From Candidatus Dojkabacteria bacterium (GTDB lineage: Bacteria; Patescibacteriota; Dojkabacteria; J137), in contig AP024679.1 in the NCBI GenBank assembly GCA_025999215.1, positions 36,007-100,006 of the forward strand: a stretch of DNA of 64,000 bases. The letters are read 5' to 3'. Within the stretch, counting starts at the first letter, position 1. Every line of letters starts with the position of its first letter. Below the pieces are notes generated by a model that saw nothing but the letters and a program-made list of their open reading frames with translations, was not told the DNA's origin and ran no database searches. This document shows positions 21,854-32,111 of this stretch, in pieces. Made by a program: the position numbers and the translations under genes.

Positions 21854-24800
21854 CTAGTTTGGTAAATTTCTTGTAAAAATTTTTCTACTCTTCCCTACCA
21901 CAGTTATGTAAGGTTCTGAATTAAACTCTATCAAATCTATTTCACCTGGAGTTTCGCCATCAAGAGTTAGAAAATACCTCTCTTGCCCTTCTGTTATATA
22001 GCCTAAAAATATACTTCCATTTGTACCTCTTGCAGAAACTAAAATTTTATCATTCAACTTTATAAAATCTGTTTCACCAACAACAAAAGAATTTGGTAAA
22101 TACTCCCAATTTGACAAATTGTTTTCTGATGTTCCAAATCTAAAATAAATTTTTCCGCTCCATCCTTTAACTACTTGAAACAATTTTGAATTAAAAACAC
22201 CAATATTGCTTGAACCAGGAACACTACCACCAGTGTGGTACCAGTTTGTAGCTGAAATTTCATCATAACTTCTGACCCAAATTCTACCATCCCAACCTTT
22301 AACTCTCTGATACAGCTTCCCACTATAAACCGTACCATTCCTACTGTTTGTGATCATCCGGCCCTGATCCTCCCCAATTTTCCGGAACTGAACTCCAACT
22401 CGACTTCCATCAAACGCATCTTGTAATGATTTCGCCATTACTTTTTAATGTATGAGATATAAAGTTTTGAATCATGTACTTCCATAGTGAAATCTCAGCT
22501 TGCCGAAACATCGCCTATGTGCTCCCAATTGCGCTCCAATGTACTACCGTCATAACTTCTCACCCATACTCTTCCGTCCCAACCTGGCACAGCAGAGTAC
22601 AACAATTTTCCGTCAAAAGTTTGTAGGGATACGATCAAACTTTGATGATCCTCCCGTGTGTTGCCACTGCGCTCCAACGTACTGAACCATCATAAGCTTC
22701 TCACCCATATTCTCCCGTCCCAACCATGTACTGCTTGATACAACTTGTTATCATAAACTCTTCACTCACAGACCTTGTTATTTCTAGGTGTGCTTCCTCC
22801 ATTCTCTCCCCAAGGGTTCCAGGTACATTAGATAAACTAAATTCAGCATTTATCAACCCATATCCAAATTCTTGATCCCAACCAGGAGTTCCTAAATCGA
22901 TAACTGCAGTTGAAATTACACGTTCTATAGTTTTATTAGAAATGCTGGAATTTTTGGATTTCATTAACGCTGCTAGCGCACTCACTTGCGGAGCAGCGAA
23001 GCTAGTACCAGCGCCACTAATGGGGTTATCTTGTTGTGTAAAATTTTGAAACAAATCCCCAGAGGATTCATCTGAACAAGTATTAGTCAAAAAACATGAA
23101 AATGTTTGAGATACGACCTTAGATGTTGAAAATTGTCCTACTGGTGCTACTACATCAAGTTTTTGACCAAAATTTGAATATTGAGCCCTTGTATCGTTCG
23201 GGTTGATTGCTCCTACAGCTATCACATAATCCATACCTGCAGGAAAATATTGATTTATATCTGAATTATTATTTCCCGCCGAAGCTACAACCACCACTCC
23301 ATTTTGATAAGCATAAGAGAGAGCATTTTGAAGATTTTGATCATAACCTTTACCGCTCAAACTCATATTGATTACATCTGCACCATTATCGACAGCATAT
23401 ATTATTGCATCCGTTAAGAATCAGCCGTATTTGTAACGCCTCTTAAGTCGTTGTCTGGATTGCTACATGTGGGATCATTGTTTCCTTGAGAATCATAGCA
23501 AAAAGATGTGTCGTTTGGGATAAAAAGGTTTTATTGGCATTATTCTGACATTGTGTGCGATTCCTACTAATTTGTCTGGCGCATCCTCGCCTGCTTTTCC
23601 TGCTATTATTGTCGCTACAAAAGTTCCATGCCCATCATCATCATTTGCGTGATTTATCTTTTCTAAGTTCTTGAGTATTGCATGGATATGCTGTACTTTG
23701 TCTCGAATATCGCATATGTATTTTTGAAAAGCATCATAAGGTGAAACAAAATTCATAGTGTGCAAGTTCATTCTGGACTTTGAAAATATCTCCTGTCATA
23801 TCCCTCGTTGATAAACTCGCATTTGGTGCTGATCTAACGGCACCTCAATATTGAGGCCTAGAAAATTTTTGTAGCTGATAGTTTCCTCCTGCGTCATAGT
23901 CGTAGTTTTCATAAGCAACTCCAGTATCAATTACAGCAACAATTACATTTGGATCACCTCCACCATGAAGAATCTACGCTTCACATCCTCCCAATAATTT
24001 CCAAGCTTCTGGAATTTTTATTTTTTCCAAATACCAATGAGTGATAGTGGAATAATCAGATGGTAAAGCTCTGAATGCATCGTATTATCCCAAGTTTCTA
24101 ATTTACTAAATTATATTGGGTTGTATTTTGCATATTTTCATTAATTAATAAAATGTCTTTCAATAATTTTTTATGCTAAGGTTTTATTAACCAAGATCTA
24201 CCTATAAAAATTTTTAAACTCTTTTACACTTTTAACATAATGTAAATCCTTGATATATAGTCTAAGATGTTCTTCTGATCTATTGTAGATCTTTCTTATT
24301 AAGATTTCAGCATAACTCACCAACGAGTTCACAACTGTTTTCTCCAACTAATGACTTATCGACATAATTTATTGCTTTTTCAATTTTTTGATTTGTATTC
24401 TTTAATTTTTGCACTTGATACCAAAAGCCAGGTTCACCTCAAAATTGAATAAAGATTTTGGCCAGGGCAGAGAGTTGCATCTTCTGTTTTTGTGCCCTAC
24501 AACATTTTCTTGCCATTCTCAATTCAACTTCCCAATAATCACTTAATCCTGGCAAGGAGTAGCCTGTAAGGAAGCAAGGGACTTTGATGAAGGGTTTTCC
24601 TGCTCAAAATCCCCAATCAAAGCTATACCTAAAGTTGCATAATTTGGTGGAGAATGAGCTCCAGTTACACCCAAACTACCAGCACGACCTTCATAAATAT
24701 TTCCTTCTTTATCGATTAAAAAGTTGTATCCAATATCTTGCCAAAGTTCATGCGGTTCATCACAATCTTGGTTAGATGGATCATAATACCCCAGAATTAT

Positions 24801-25365
24801 TTACACATCTAATTTTATGATATTCATAAATAGCCCTAACTGCACTAGATAAATCATCAGTTGTGTTTTGAAAAACAGTATGATGAATTACAAAATAATT
24901 TATATGTGGAGCAATATATGGTTGCCAAAGAGAATTAGTTGGTGCCCCCCAATCTTCTCGTAATTTTACATCTAATCCTAAATTTCTAAAAAATGATCTT
25001 TTAATATCTGGATCAGGAAAATTATCAGAAGTTAAGTATCTTCTATCTTTAAAATAATGTATTTTCAAGTTATGTCCACTCAAAATTTGAATTTCACTAA
25101 CATCTGAAGAGTATGGAAATAACTCTGAAACAAATGATGAACTGGCATCTTGATTAAATTCATAATCACCATGTAAGTGATCAAATATTTTTTCATTTCC
25201 ATCTTTGTAAATTATTTTAAATTTTACTTTACCCCAATCTATTGCTTCATTAGAAGAAAAACTAAATGCAATGATTTCAGAGTCGTTTGAATGGATACTC
25301 TGTGCAATGACTGTAGAAATTAAAATTGAAAAAAATGAAATAGCAAGAATCAAAAACTTTCTCAT
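21854..25365 (-). CDS. Secreted multidomain protein: signal peptide + PGRP/Amidase_2 N-acetylmuramoyl-L-alanine amidase + S8 subtilisin protease + C-terminal repeat (propeller-like) region; heavily frameshifted
   Basis: Read across frames: signal peptide MRKFLILAISFF; REDWGA, VIHHT, WQDIGYNFLID, YEGRAG, GAH, LGIALIGDF, GHK..TLCPG; S8 triad VAVIDTG (~23930), HGTFVA, GTSFAAP with SAGN; then GWDGRxWVRSYD repeats. Confidence 0.75.
22120..22760 (-). repeat. Intragenic ~45-47-aa repeats (KLYQxVxGWDGRxWVRSYDG), about 4-5 copies
   Basis: Recurring plus-strand motif ccgtcccaacc/ccatcccaacc near 22287, 22574 and 22715, and a degenerate GWSGKIYFR copy near 22150. Confidence 0.7.
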
Positions 25366-25371
25366 AAATTA

Positions 25372-27611
25372 TTATTGCAATAATTTCAAAGTTTTTAAAC
25401 TTAATCTATCATAACTAATTTGATCAACAACTTTTTGTGCATTATACAATTTTTCTTTAGTTAACTCTGGGTTTTTAAGTAAAGCCATTATCTGATTAGA
25501 GATGCTTGTTTTATTTAAATTTTTAATTTTTACAACTTCATCTTGAAAATCTTCAAATTGTGGTATATATGAGGTTATAACAATAGCATTTGATGCTAAA
25601 CATGTTCGTACCGCTCCACTCGCTGATTCACCAACATGCTGGTAAGGTAAAACAAAGAAAGTCAACACATGCTTGCGTAAATTTCTAATCTCTTCTCGTT
25701 CTAAAAAATCTGTTATAAAAACTACTCTATCTTCTATATTCTAAACTTTTAGCTAAATTTAAAGACTTTTTTATATTCTGATTGCGCATAAATGTTATTA
25801 GGACTCAACTGCATTTAAACCTAAGAACATAAAGCTTGAGGGTATTGATTCCAAATTTCTTCTAAAAGCTTCAATAACCAGTAGGAATGTTTTTGTTTTT
25901 ATTAAAAAGTCCATGCGTCCCAATTATCGGATAATACTCACTCAAACCAAGATCCTTTTTAACTTTAAATTTTGCTCTTGGATAAAATAACTTTTCACCC
26001 AAAGGGATAAAAACTACATTATTTAGTTTTTTGCTCATATAAACTTGATCGTTTTTATTATGAACAATTATTTTATCTGCAAGTGATAAATTTTTACATG
26101 ATTTAGTCAAATCAAACGTATCTGATCTAACTGCATGTAGCTCTAAAATAATTTTTATGTTTAGTTTTTGTAAATCTGAAAGCAACTTATCTAGCGTTTC
26201 ACTTGAGTAGTAAGCTCCAGAATGATATTGAATGTGAACTGAATCAAAATTTTCATTTTTAATTTTTTTGGTTACATCATTAAAATCATTCTCCCCCATA
26301 TTCCAAAGTCTAACAACATTTGAATTATCTCCTCTAACTCTATCAGCAATATCTTTATTTGCGATGATTAATAAATTTTTAAAGACTTTTTCGCATGATT
26401 GATAAAGAAGTCTAGTATCTTCTGCAATACCATCTTGAGAATTGTATGGAGAAATTACCGCATGTTTACTGTTTTTTATATTTAACCAAATTGGGCATCA
26501 AATCAAAAATATTTATAATTCTTTCAGCAACATTCGCCCAAGATATTTCATCAGCTTTCCTTTTCGCTGAGAGCTACATATTTCATTTATGTTTTCAATT
26601 TTTCGTTCATAAATTTTCCTCATTATTTCCGAGAGATTTTCTACTGACGGTTCTGCCCATCTAGCTCCAACATTTCCCAGATTCTGATTGATAAGCTAAA
26701 TCAACTTCAAAATCAAGTAAAAATGCGCTATTTTCGTCTACAAAGTCTAAAACTCCACCATACCCAGTTGTTATTAGTGGTACTTCACAATAAATTGTTT
26801 CAGCCATTGGCAAACCAAATCCTTCTGCTCGTGATGGATAAACGCAACAATCTGAATTTTTAGTTAAAAATTTCATTTGTCCGGGTGTCAAATCAGTTCT
26901 ATCTATTACCTCGACTTCAGGAGCATTCTCATTTTGCAATTCTTTCAAAAGATTTGGAACCATGTTGTTTGGATTAGGAAAAGTTTTAATTATTAACACA
27001 CAATCATCATTTTTATCAAATGTTTTAAAATACGCTTTCAATAAAACATCTACTCCTTTTCTTGCTCTGCCTGTGCTTGCATGAAAAAATTTAAAGTTTT
27101 TTTTGGTTTTTAGTTCAAATTTCTCTGGTTTAGCATTAATAAAATCATTATCAATTCCTTCAGAGATATTAAATATAGGTACTCTAATACCTGAATCTTT
27201 CATTATGTGATATACAAACTTACTTGTTACAAACATTAAATGCGCATATTCGTTAATTTCATCAACAAGTTTCTTTGGAAAAATACTTTCTTCCCAAGCA
27301 ATGTATGGAATAATTATTTTTGAAGGTATTTCACTTAAACCATATAAGCCATCAGTATCTCTAGGAGTATTATTAAAAATAGCAATGTCACTTTGTTTTC
27401 TTTCTAAAGAAATCAAATTTTTTAATTCCGATTGCTCAATTTCTTTTTTTGTAGGTAAATAATCAATTCTATCTTTTGGACACCAAAGCCAAACATTCAA
27501 ATTTCTGTATTGAGAGCTCAAGGCCAAAGCTAAATTTCGATTTACTTGAGCCAAACTATAATTTGTGAAATACGGACCAACTATCTGTACGGATTTACTT
27601 TGCAAGTTCAT
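25372..27611 (-). CDS. Two-domain GT4 glycosyltransferase, split by indels
   Basis: 26661..27611 has RKGVDVLLKAY and YPSRAEGFGLP; downstream fragments give HIQY, IIVH, GTHGLF, VLPY...SGAV...LAS. Confidence 0.8.
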
Positions 27612-27612
27612 T

Positions 27613-27969
27613 TTAATTTTTAGTTTTACTCTTTAATTTTTCTAAGTCGCTTTTTAAATTTTCAATTTCTTTTGTTATCTCTTCAATGGCTTTGAATGTC
27701 AGGTTGTTGAACTTTTGTTGCCTCATACTAGGTTTTTCAATAACATTAATTGTTGTAAAAATAATTTTTTCCTGCACAAAAGTTTTTATTTTTCCCATTA
27801 GCCCAAATCTTTTGGGTGGTTTAAAATAGATAGTTTCAAGAATATTTTTTGATGCTTCAAGACCTGGCAAAATAAAATTCTTAAGAAAATTTTCATTACT
27901 TTCTTTTAGTTTTCCTTCTTTTTTTAGTATAGATTTTGCTTTTGATCTAAGCATTTCAGAATCAATCAT
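27613..27969 (-). CDS. Hypothetical protein with C-terminal coiled coil
   Basis: 118-aa ORF coupled to neighbours; RQQKFN followed by a heptad-rich tail. Confidence 0.65.
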   Translation of the reverse strand: MIDSEMLRSKAKSILKKEGKLKESNENFLKNFILPGLEASKNILETIYFKPPKRFGLMGKIKTFVQEKIIFTTINVIEKPSMRQQKFNNLTFKAIEEITKEIENLKSDLEKLKSKTKN

Positions 27970-29035
27970 TGTTTACAAAAGGGATAACATCTACATAATT
28001 CTTGAACTCCAGTTTTTCTTTGACTTGTTTATTTTGAATGTCTATTTCAAACCAATTTGATTCACTATCTTTTGCAAAAGCTACAAAATTAGAGCAGGTA
28101 ATTTTATTTATATCTGATAGCTTCACCAAAGGCTCCACTTTCTTGTTTTCATACAAAACTTTAAATAAGTCGTTATTTTCGTAATTAAAACCTATTGCGT
28201 AATCACTTTGGCTGCACATAATTTCAGATCTTTTCATATTTTCAATTGGATTAATTTCGCTTGAACCTAAAAATAAATATCCTACATTCATATCATCATC
28301 TCTAGTGTAATTAACAAACAGAATATTGTCGTCGCTAGTGAAAAAAACATCTGTAATTGATTTATTTTCAATTTTGTACATTAGCTCTCCACCTATTGTT
28401 GCGAGATAAAAGCTAGAATCACTATCTTTCAACAATATCCTATTTTTCAAATCATTAACTTCCAAAATATTCGCATTAAGTCTAGAGATTTTTAATATTT
28501 CTCCTGAAACTAAATCAAGGCTATGTAACCACATGTTGTTTTGAGGACCTTGAGTAAAATAAATTTGATCATTACTTATCCAGATGTAGCTAGAAACTCC
28601 TTCCTTGGCGTTTTGAGAGTAAAAAGTAAACTGGTTTAAATCTTTTGATTCTAAATCGTAAACATAAATATCATATATATCATTAGTCATACCAACCAAA
28701 GCTAAATTTTTACCATTTGGTGAAAATTTAGCATCTATCCAATTTTTCCTACTTAAACTTGCTGTAAGCATTGTTTCGTTTTCCAATATTTTTACAACAT
28801 CTTGATCGGTTATTTGAGCAATCTTAACTTTTTGTGTATTTAAATTTGTTGGAGTATCCCCATCATTTGAGTACTCATCAAGCGGATTTGATACAGGGTA
28901 TGATGTGATTTTCTCATCTAAATCTTTATTCTCATTTGGCATAGTAGAAAACATGTATATTCCTAAGGAAAATCCCACCAAAAGTGAACTTGAAATAAAT
29001 ATCAAAAAAAGAATAAATTTTATTAAAGACTTCAT
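27962..29035 (-). CDS. Membrane-anchored TolB/PD40-like beta-propeller protein
   Basis: N-terminal TM; FSPNGKNLA, DIYVYDL...QFT, W.SNDQIYF. Confidence 0.65.
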   Translation of the reverse strand: MKSLIKFILFLIFISSSLLVGFSLGIYMFSTMPNENKDLDEKITSYPVSNPLDEYSNDGDTPTNLNTQKVKIAQITDQDVVKILENETMLTASLSRKNWIDAKFSPNGKNLALVGMTNDIYDIYVYDLESKDLNQFTFYSQNAKEGVSSYIWISNDQIYFTQGPQNNMWLHSLDLVSGEILKISRLNANILEVNDLKNRILLKDSDSSFYLATIGGELMYKIENKSITDVFFTSDDNILFVNYTRDDDMNVGYLFLGSSEINPIENMKRSEIMCSQSDYAIGFNYENNDLFKVLYENKKVEPLVKLSDINKITCSNFVAFAKDSESNWFEIDIQNKQVKEKLEFKNYVDVIPFVNND

Positions 29036-29076
29036 ATCCTTATTTTAAATTATTTTTAATTAAAATAAAACTTTAA

Positions 29077-29613
29077 TTAAATAATTTTAGTAAACAACTT
29101 AATTGACAAAATTAAACTTTCCCAAAATGAAAAATTTTCTACATTTGTTTCGCTAAAACTTTTTCCATACACCACCATTCCTTCTTGAGAGCAATCATAA
29201 GCTAGGTAAGGTAGCAAATATTCAAAAGTAACTAATCCTATTTGAGTATTTTTTTTCAATTGACTGCAAAAATCTTCTATTTTTGTTACAACGTCAGCGC
29301 TAACCTCTTCATTAAAACTGAAAGTTTTGTATTCAACACCTTGACTATCTAATTCTTTTTTTAATTCATTAAATTCTAAAACTGAAACATTATTTCCTTT
29401 TTTGTCAGATACATTGATATATACTTCATCAAGCTCACGCCAATCTTTAATTTCTAATGGCCTTTTGTAGCTGACGATAAAATAGCTTAAAAAGGGTATA
29501 CAACATATAAAAACTAAAGAACCCACAAAAATGCTCCATAAAACCTCCTTTGATAATATTTTTCGTAATTTTCTTTTTATCTTATAATTTTTATTTTTTC
29601 TTGAATACTTCAT
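29077..29613 (-). CDS. Hypothetical single-TM protein
   Basis: Basic N-terminus then a hydrophobic helix; overlaps the end of the methyltransferase gene. Confidence 0.65.
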   Translation of the reverse strand: MKYSRKNKNYKIKRKLRKILSKEVLWSIFVGSLVFICCIPFLSYFIVSYKRPLEIKDWRELDEVYINVSDKKGNNVSVLEFNELKKELDSQGVEYKTFSFNEEVSADVVTKIEDFCSQLKKNTQIGLVTFEYLLPYLAYDCSQEGMVVYGKSFSETNVENFSFWESLILSIKLFTKII

Positions 29614-30262
29614 ATTTATTTAAGTTATTATTTTTTCCATCAGCACAAAATTCATCAATTAACTTAAGTTTACAGTTATTTAAAATCTCTCTCAATTCTT
29701 CCTCTGTAGTGTTATGAACAAACCTTACTGCACCTTTTTGTCCAAACGACAATAAGTAATTATTTTCTCCTAAATCCTCAATTATTTTTTCTTTTAATTT
29801 TGGATCTTTTAAAAATTGCCATATTGTCAATATAAATATTCCTTCTTTTTCTAAAAGATTTTCAACTTTTTTAAAAAAAGTTATTCTGCTAATTTTAGAC
29901 TCAAAATGATGAAATAACCCAAAAGCAACAACAAAATCAAATGAAAAACCTTGCAATACACTCCAATTGTCTTCTTCAAGATCAAAACAAAAAAATGAAA
30001 AACTGGAAGTGGTTTCATAATTTCGCGATTTTGCTAAATTTAGCATTGCTTCTGAATTATCTACACCTACGTATGATGAAAATTTGATATTGTTATCAAT
30101 CAAAAATTTCAAAAACCTTCCATTACCACAACCCAAATCTAAAACTCTTAAATTATTTTTTTTCAAATATTTTAAAATTTCGAACCAACCCCTCCATGGG
30201 CTTAGTCTCGTCTGAGAAAATTCATGCGCATATTCGGAGTAAAGATTTGTTGATTTTCTCAT
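29591..30262 (-). CDS. Class I SAM methyltransferase, Trm9/ALKBH8-like (candidate tRNA cm5U34 methyltransferase)
   Basis: Y...AHEFSQTRLSPW, VLDLGCGNGR, GVDNS, FDFVV...LFHH.....R, LTIW. Start set at ATG 30262 (MRKST) because the longer ORF overlaps elp3. Confidence 0.75.
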   Translation of the reverse strand: MRKSTNLYSEYAHEFSQTRLSPWRGWFEILKYLKKNNLRVLDLGCGNGRFLKFLIDNNIKFSSYVGVDNSEAMLNLAKSRNYETTSSFSFFCFDLEEDNWSVLQGFSFDFVVAFGLFHHFESKISRITFFKKVENLLEKEGIFILTIWQFLKDPKLKEKIIEDLGENNYLLSFGQKGAVRFVHNTTEEELREILNNCKLKLIDEFCADGKNNNLNKYEVFKKK

Positions 30263-30309
30263 TTTTTCAATAATAACACAAAAATTAAAGTCAATGATAT
30301 AATCTAAAA
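30263..30309. promoter_or_regulatory. Back-to-back extended -10 promoters for elp3 (+) and the Trm9-like gene (-), both probably leaderless
   Basis: TGaTATAAT 30295-30303 is 6 nt before ATG 30310; minus-strand TGtTATTAT 30278-30270 is 7 nt before ATG 30262. Confidence 0.6.
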
Positions 30310-32103
30310 ATGTCAAAATACAAATTTGATCCCAAAATTTATCAACAAGAATTAATAGAAATCGCAAAAGAATTGGCGCTATCAGAATCTTTGAGTAAAA
30401 AATATATAGACAGAGTAATAAAAAAACACCCTCAAGATGGAAATAAAGTCTTCAGCAGGGATAAACTAATTTTAGGATTAAAGTGGTTGTGGAAAAATGG
30501 TTTAGTTGATTTTGATCAAGCAAAATTAAAACACATAATTAAATGTTTAAAACTCAAACCTACCAGAAGCATATCAGGAGTTACAACTGTTACAGTTTTA
30601 ACAAAACCCTTTGCATGCCCAGGAAAATGTATTTTCTGCCCAAATGACGTGAGAATGCCCAAAAGCTACATTGCAACAGAGCCCGGAGCACAAAGAGCTC
30701 TTATGAATAGATTTAGTCCCTATCTTCAAGTTTGGAATAGATTGAAAGCTCTACAAAACATTGGGCACCCTACCGATAAAATTGAATTGTTAGTTTTAGG
30801 TGGAACGTGGTCTTATTACCCTGAAAAATACAAAGTATGGTTTATTGAAGAATGTTTTAGAGCAATGAATGATTTTGGCAAAAATTTAAAAAATACAAGT
30901 GATAAAATAATCGAAATAAAAGAATATTTACAAAATGATTACAATGATGAACTTAGAAAAGAAACAGGCGATAAACCATACAATCAATTAATTCAAACTC
31001 CTCAATTTAAAAATCATTTTAAAAAATTCCTATCACCTGAGCCTAATTTAGAATTAGATATTTTGTGGAAGAAATTAGAAGAAGAGCAAGTTAAAAATTC
31101 AAAAGGCAAGGTCCGGTGTGTAGGGTTAGTGCTTGAAACAAGACCTGACTGTATCACACCTCAAGAAACGCTAAGACTTAGAAAATTAGGGGCAACTAAA
31201 ATTCAACTTGGAATACAGACTTTGGATGATAAAATAAGCGAATTAAACAAAAGAGGTGAAACTAAAAAAGACACAATAAATGCTTTCAAATTATTAAGAT
31301 CAGCTGGATTTAAAATACATGCACATATAATGCCAAATTTGTATGGCTCCAATCCAAAAACCGATTTGAAAGTTTACAAAGAACTATTTAGCTCTCCTAA
31401 TTTTCGACCTGATGAAATTAAAATTTATCCAGCATCAATCATCAAGCACACAGAACTAGAAAAACTTTACAAAGAAGGAAAGTATAAACCCTACAGCACA
31501 AATGAGCTTGTAGACTTAGTGGCAAAATGTATAGAAGTAACACCTGAATATTGTAGAATCACAAGAGTAATACGAGATATTCCGTCTACCGAGATAACAT
31601 CTGGCAACAAAACTACTAATTTACGAGAAGTGGCGGAAGATAAGTTAAAAAGGGAAGATAGACCAAACAGAAATATCAGAGCACGAGAAATTAAAAATCA
31701 AAAAATTAATCTGAAAGAACTTAAACTTGATCAAATAAAATACGAAACAATTAATAGCTTGGAATATTTTTTGCAATTTATAACAAACGATAGAAAAATT
31801 GCAGGTTTTTTAAGATTATCGGTTCCTAAACAATTTAAAAACCCTATTACCAGTGAGCTTGATGATTGCGCAATTATCAGGGAAATTCATGTATACGGAC
31901 CAAGTTTGGGGATCAACACCAAATCTTTTGGAGAAGCTCAACATCTTGGTTTGGGAACGAAATTAATCAAAAGAGCTGAAGAAATAGCAAAAAAGTATAA
32001 TTTTCCCAAACTTGCTGTAATTTCAAGTATTGGAACAAGAGAATATTACAAAAAGCGTGGTTTTGAATTGATCAAGCTTTACCAGATTAAAGAATTGTTC
32101 TAA
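30310..32103 (+). CDS. elp3: Elp3 tRNA uridine(34) carboxymethyltransferase (radical SAM + KAT domains)
   Basis: RSISGV..V.V.TKP, CPGKCIFCP, PKSY...EPGA, LGGTW, ETRPD, HIMPNL, RVIRDIP, IRAREI, IREIHVYG, QHLGLG, REYYKKRG. Confidence 0.95.
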   Translation: MSKYKFDPKIYQQELIEIAKELALSESLSKKYIDRVIKKHPQDGNKVFSRDKLILGLKWLWKNGLVDFDQAKLKHIIKCLKLKPTRSISGVTTVTVLTKPFACPGKCIFCPNDVRMPKSYIATEPGAQRALMNRFSPYLQVWNRLKALQNIGHPTDKIELLVLGGTWSYYPEKYKVWFIEECFRAMNDFGKNLKNTSDKIIEIKEYLQNDYNDELRKETGDKPYNQLIQTPQFKNHFKKFLSPEPNLELDILWKKLEEEQVKNSKGKVRCVGLVLETRPDCITPQETLRLRKLGATKIQLGIQTLDDKISELNKRGETKKDTINAFKLLRSAGFKIHAHIMPNLYGSNPKTDLKVYKELFSSPNFRPDEIKIYPASIIKHTELEKLYKEGKYKPYSTNELVDLVAKCIEVTPEYCRITRVIRDIPSTEITSGNKTTNLREVAEDKLKREDRPNRNIRAREIKNQKINLKELKLDQIKYETINSLEYFLQFITNDRKIAGFLRLSVPKQFKNPITSELDDCAIIREIHVYGPSLGINTKSFGEAQHLGLGTKLIKRAEEIAKKYNFPKLAVISSIGTREYYKKRGFELIKLYQIKELF

Positions 32104-32111
32104 AATTAATT

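Noticed and set aside
22120-22760. Periodic DNA repeats as a CRISPR array
   Set aside because: Copies are degenerate, ~140 bp apart, encode a protein repeat, and no cas genes are present.
30262-30367. Overlapping 5' ends of elp3 and the methyltransferase as in the ORF track
   Set aside because: The conserved methyltransferase sequence begins after ATG 30262; the extension is an artefact of longest-ORF calling.
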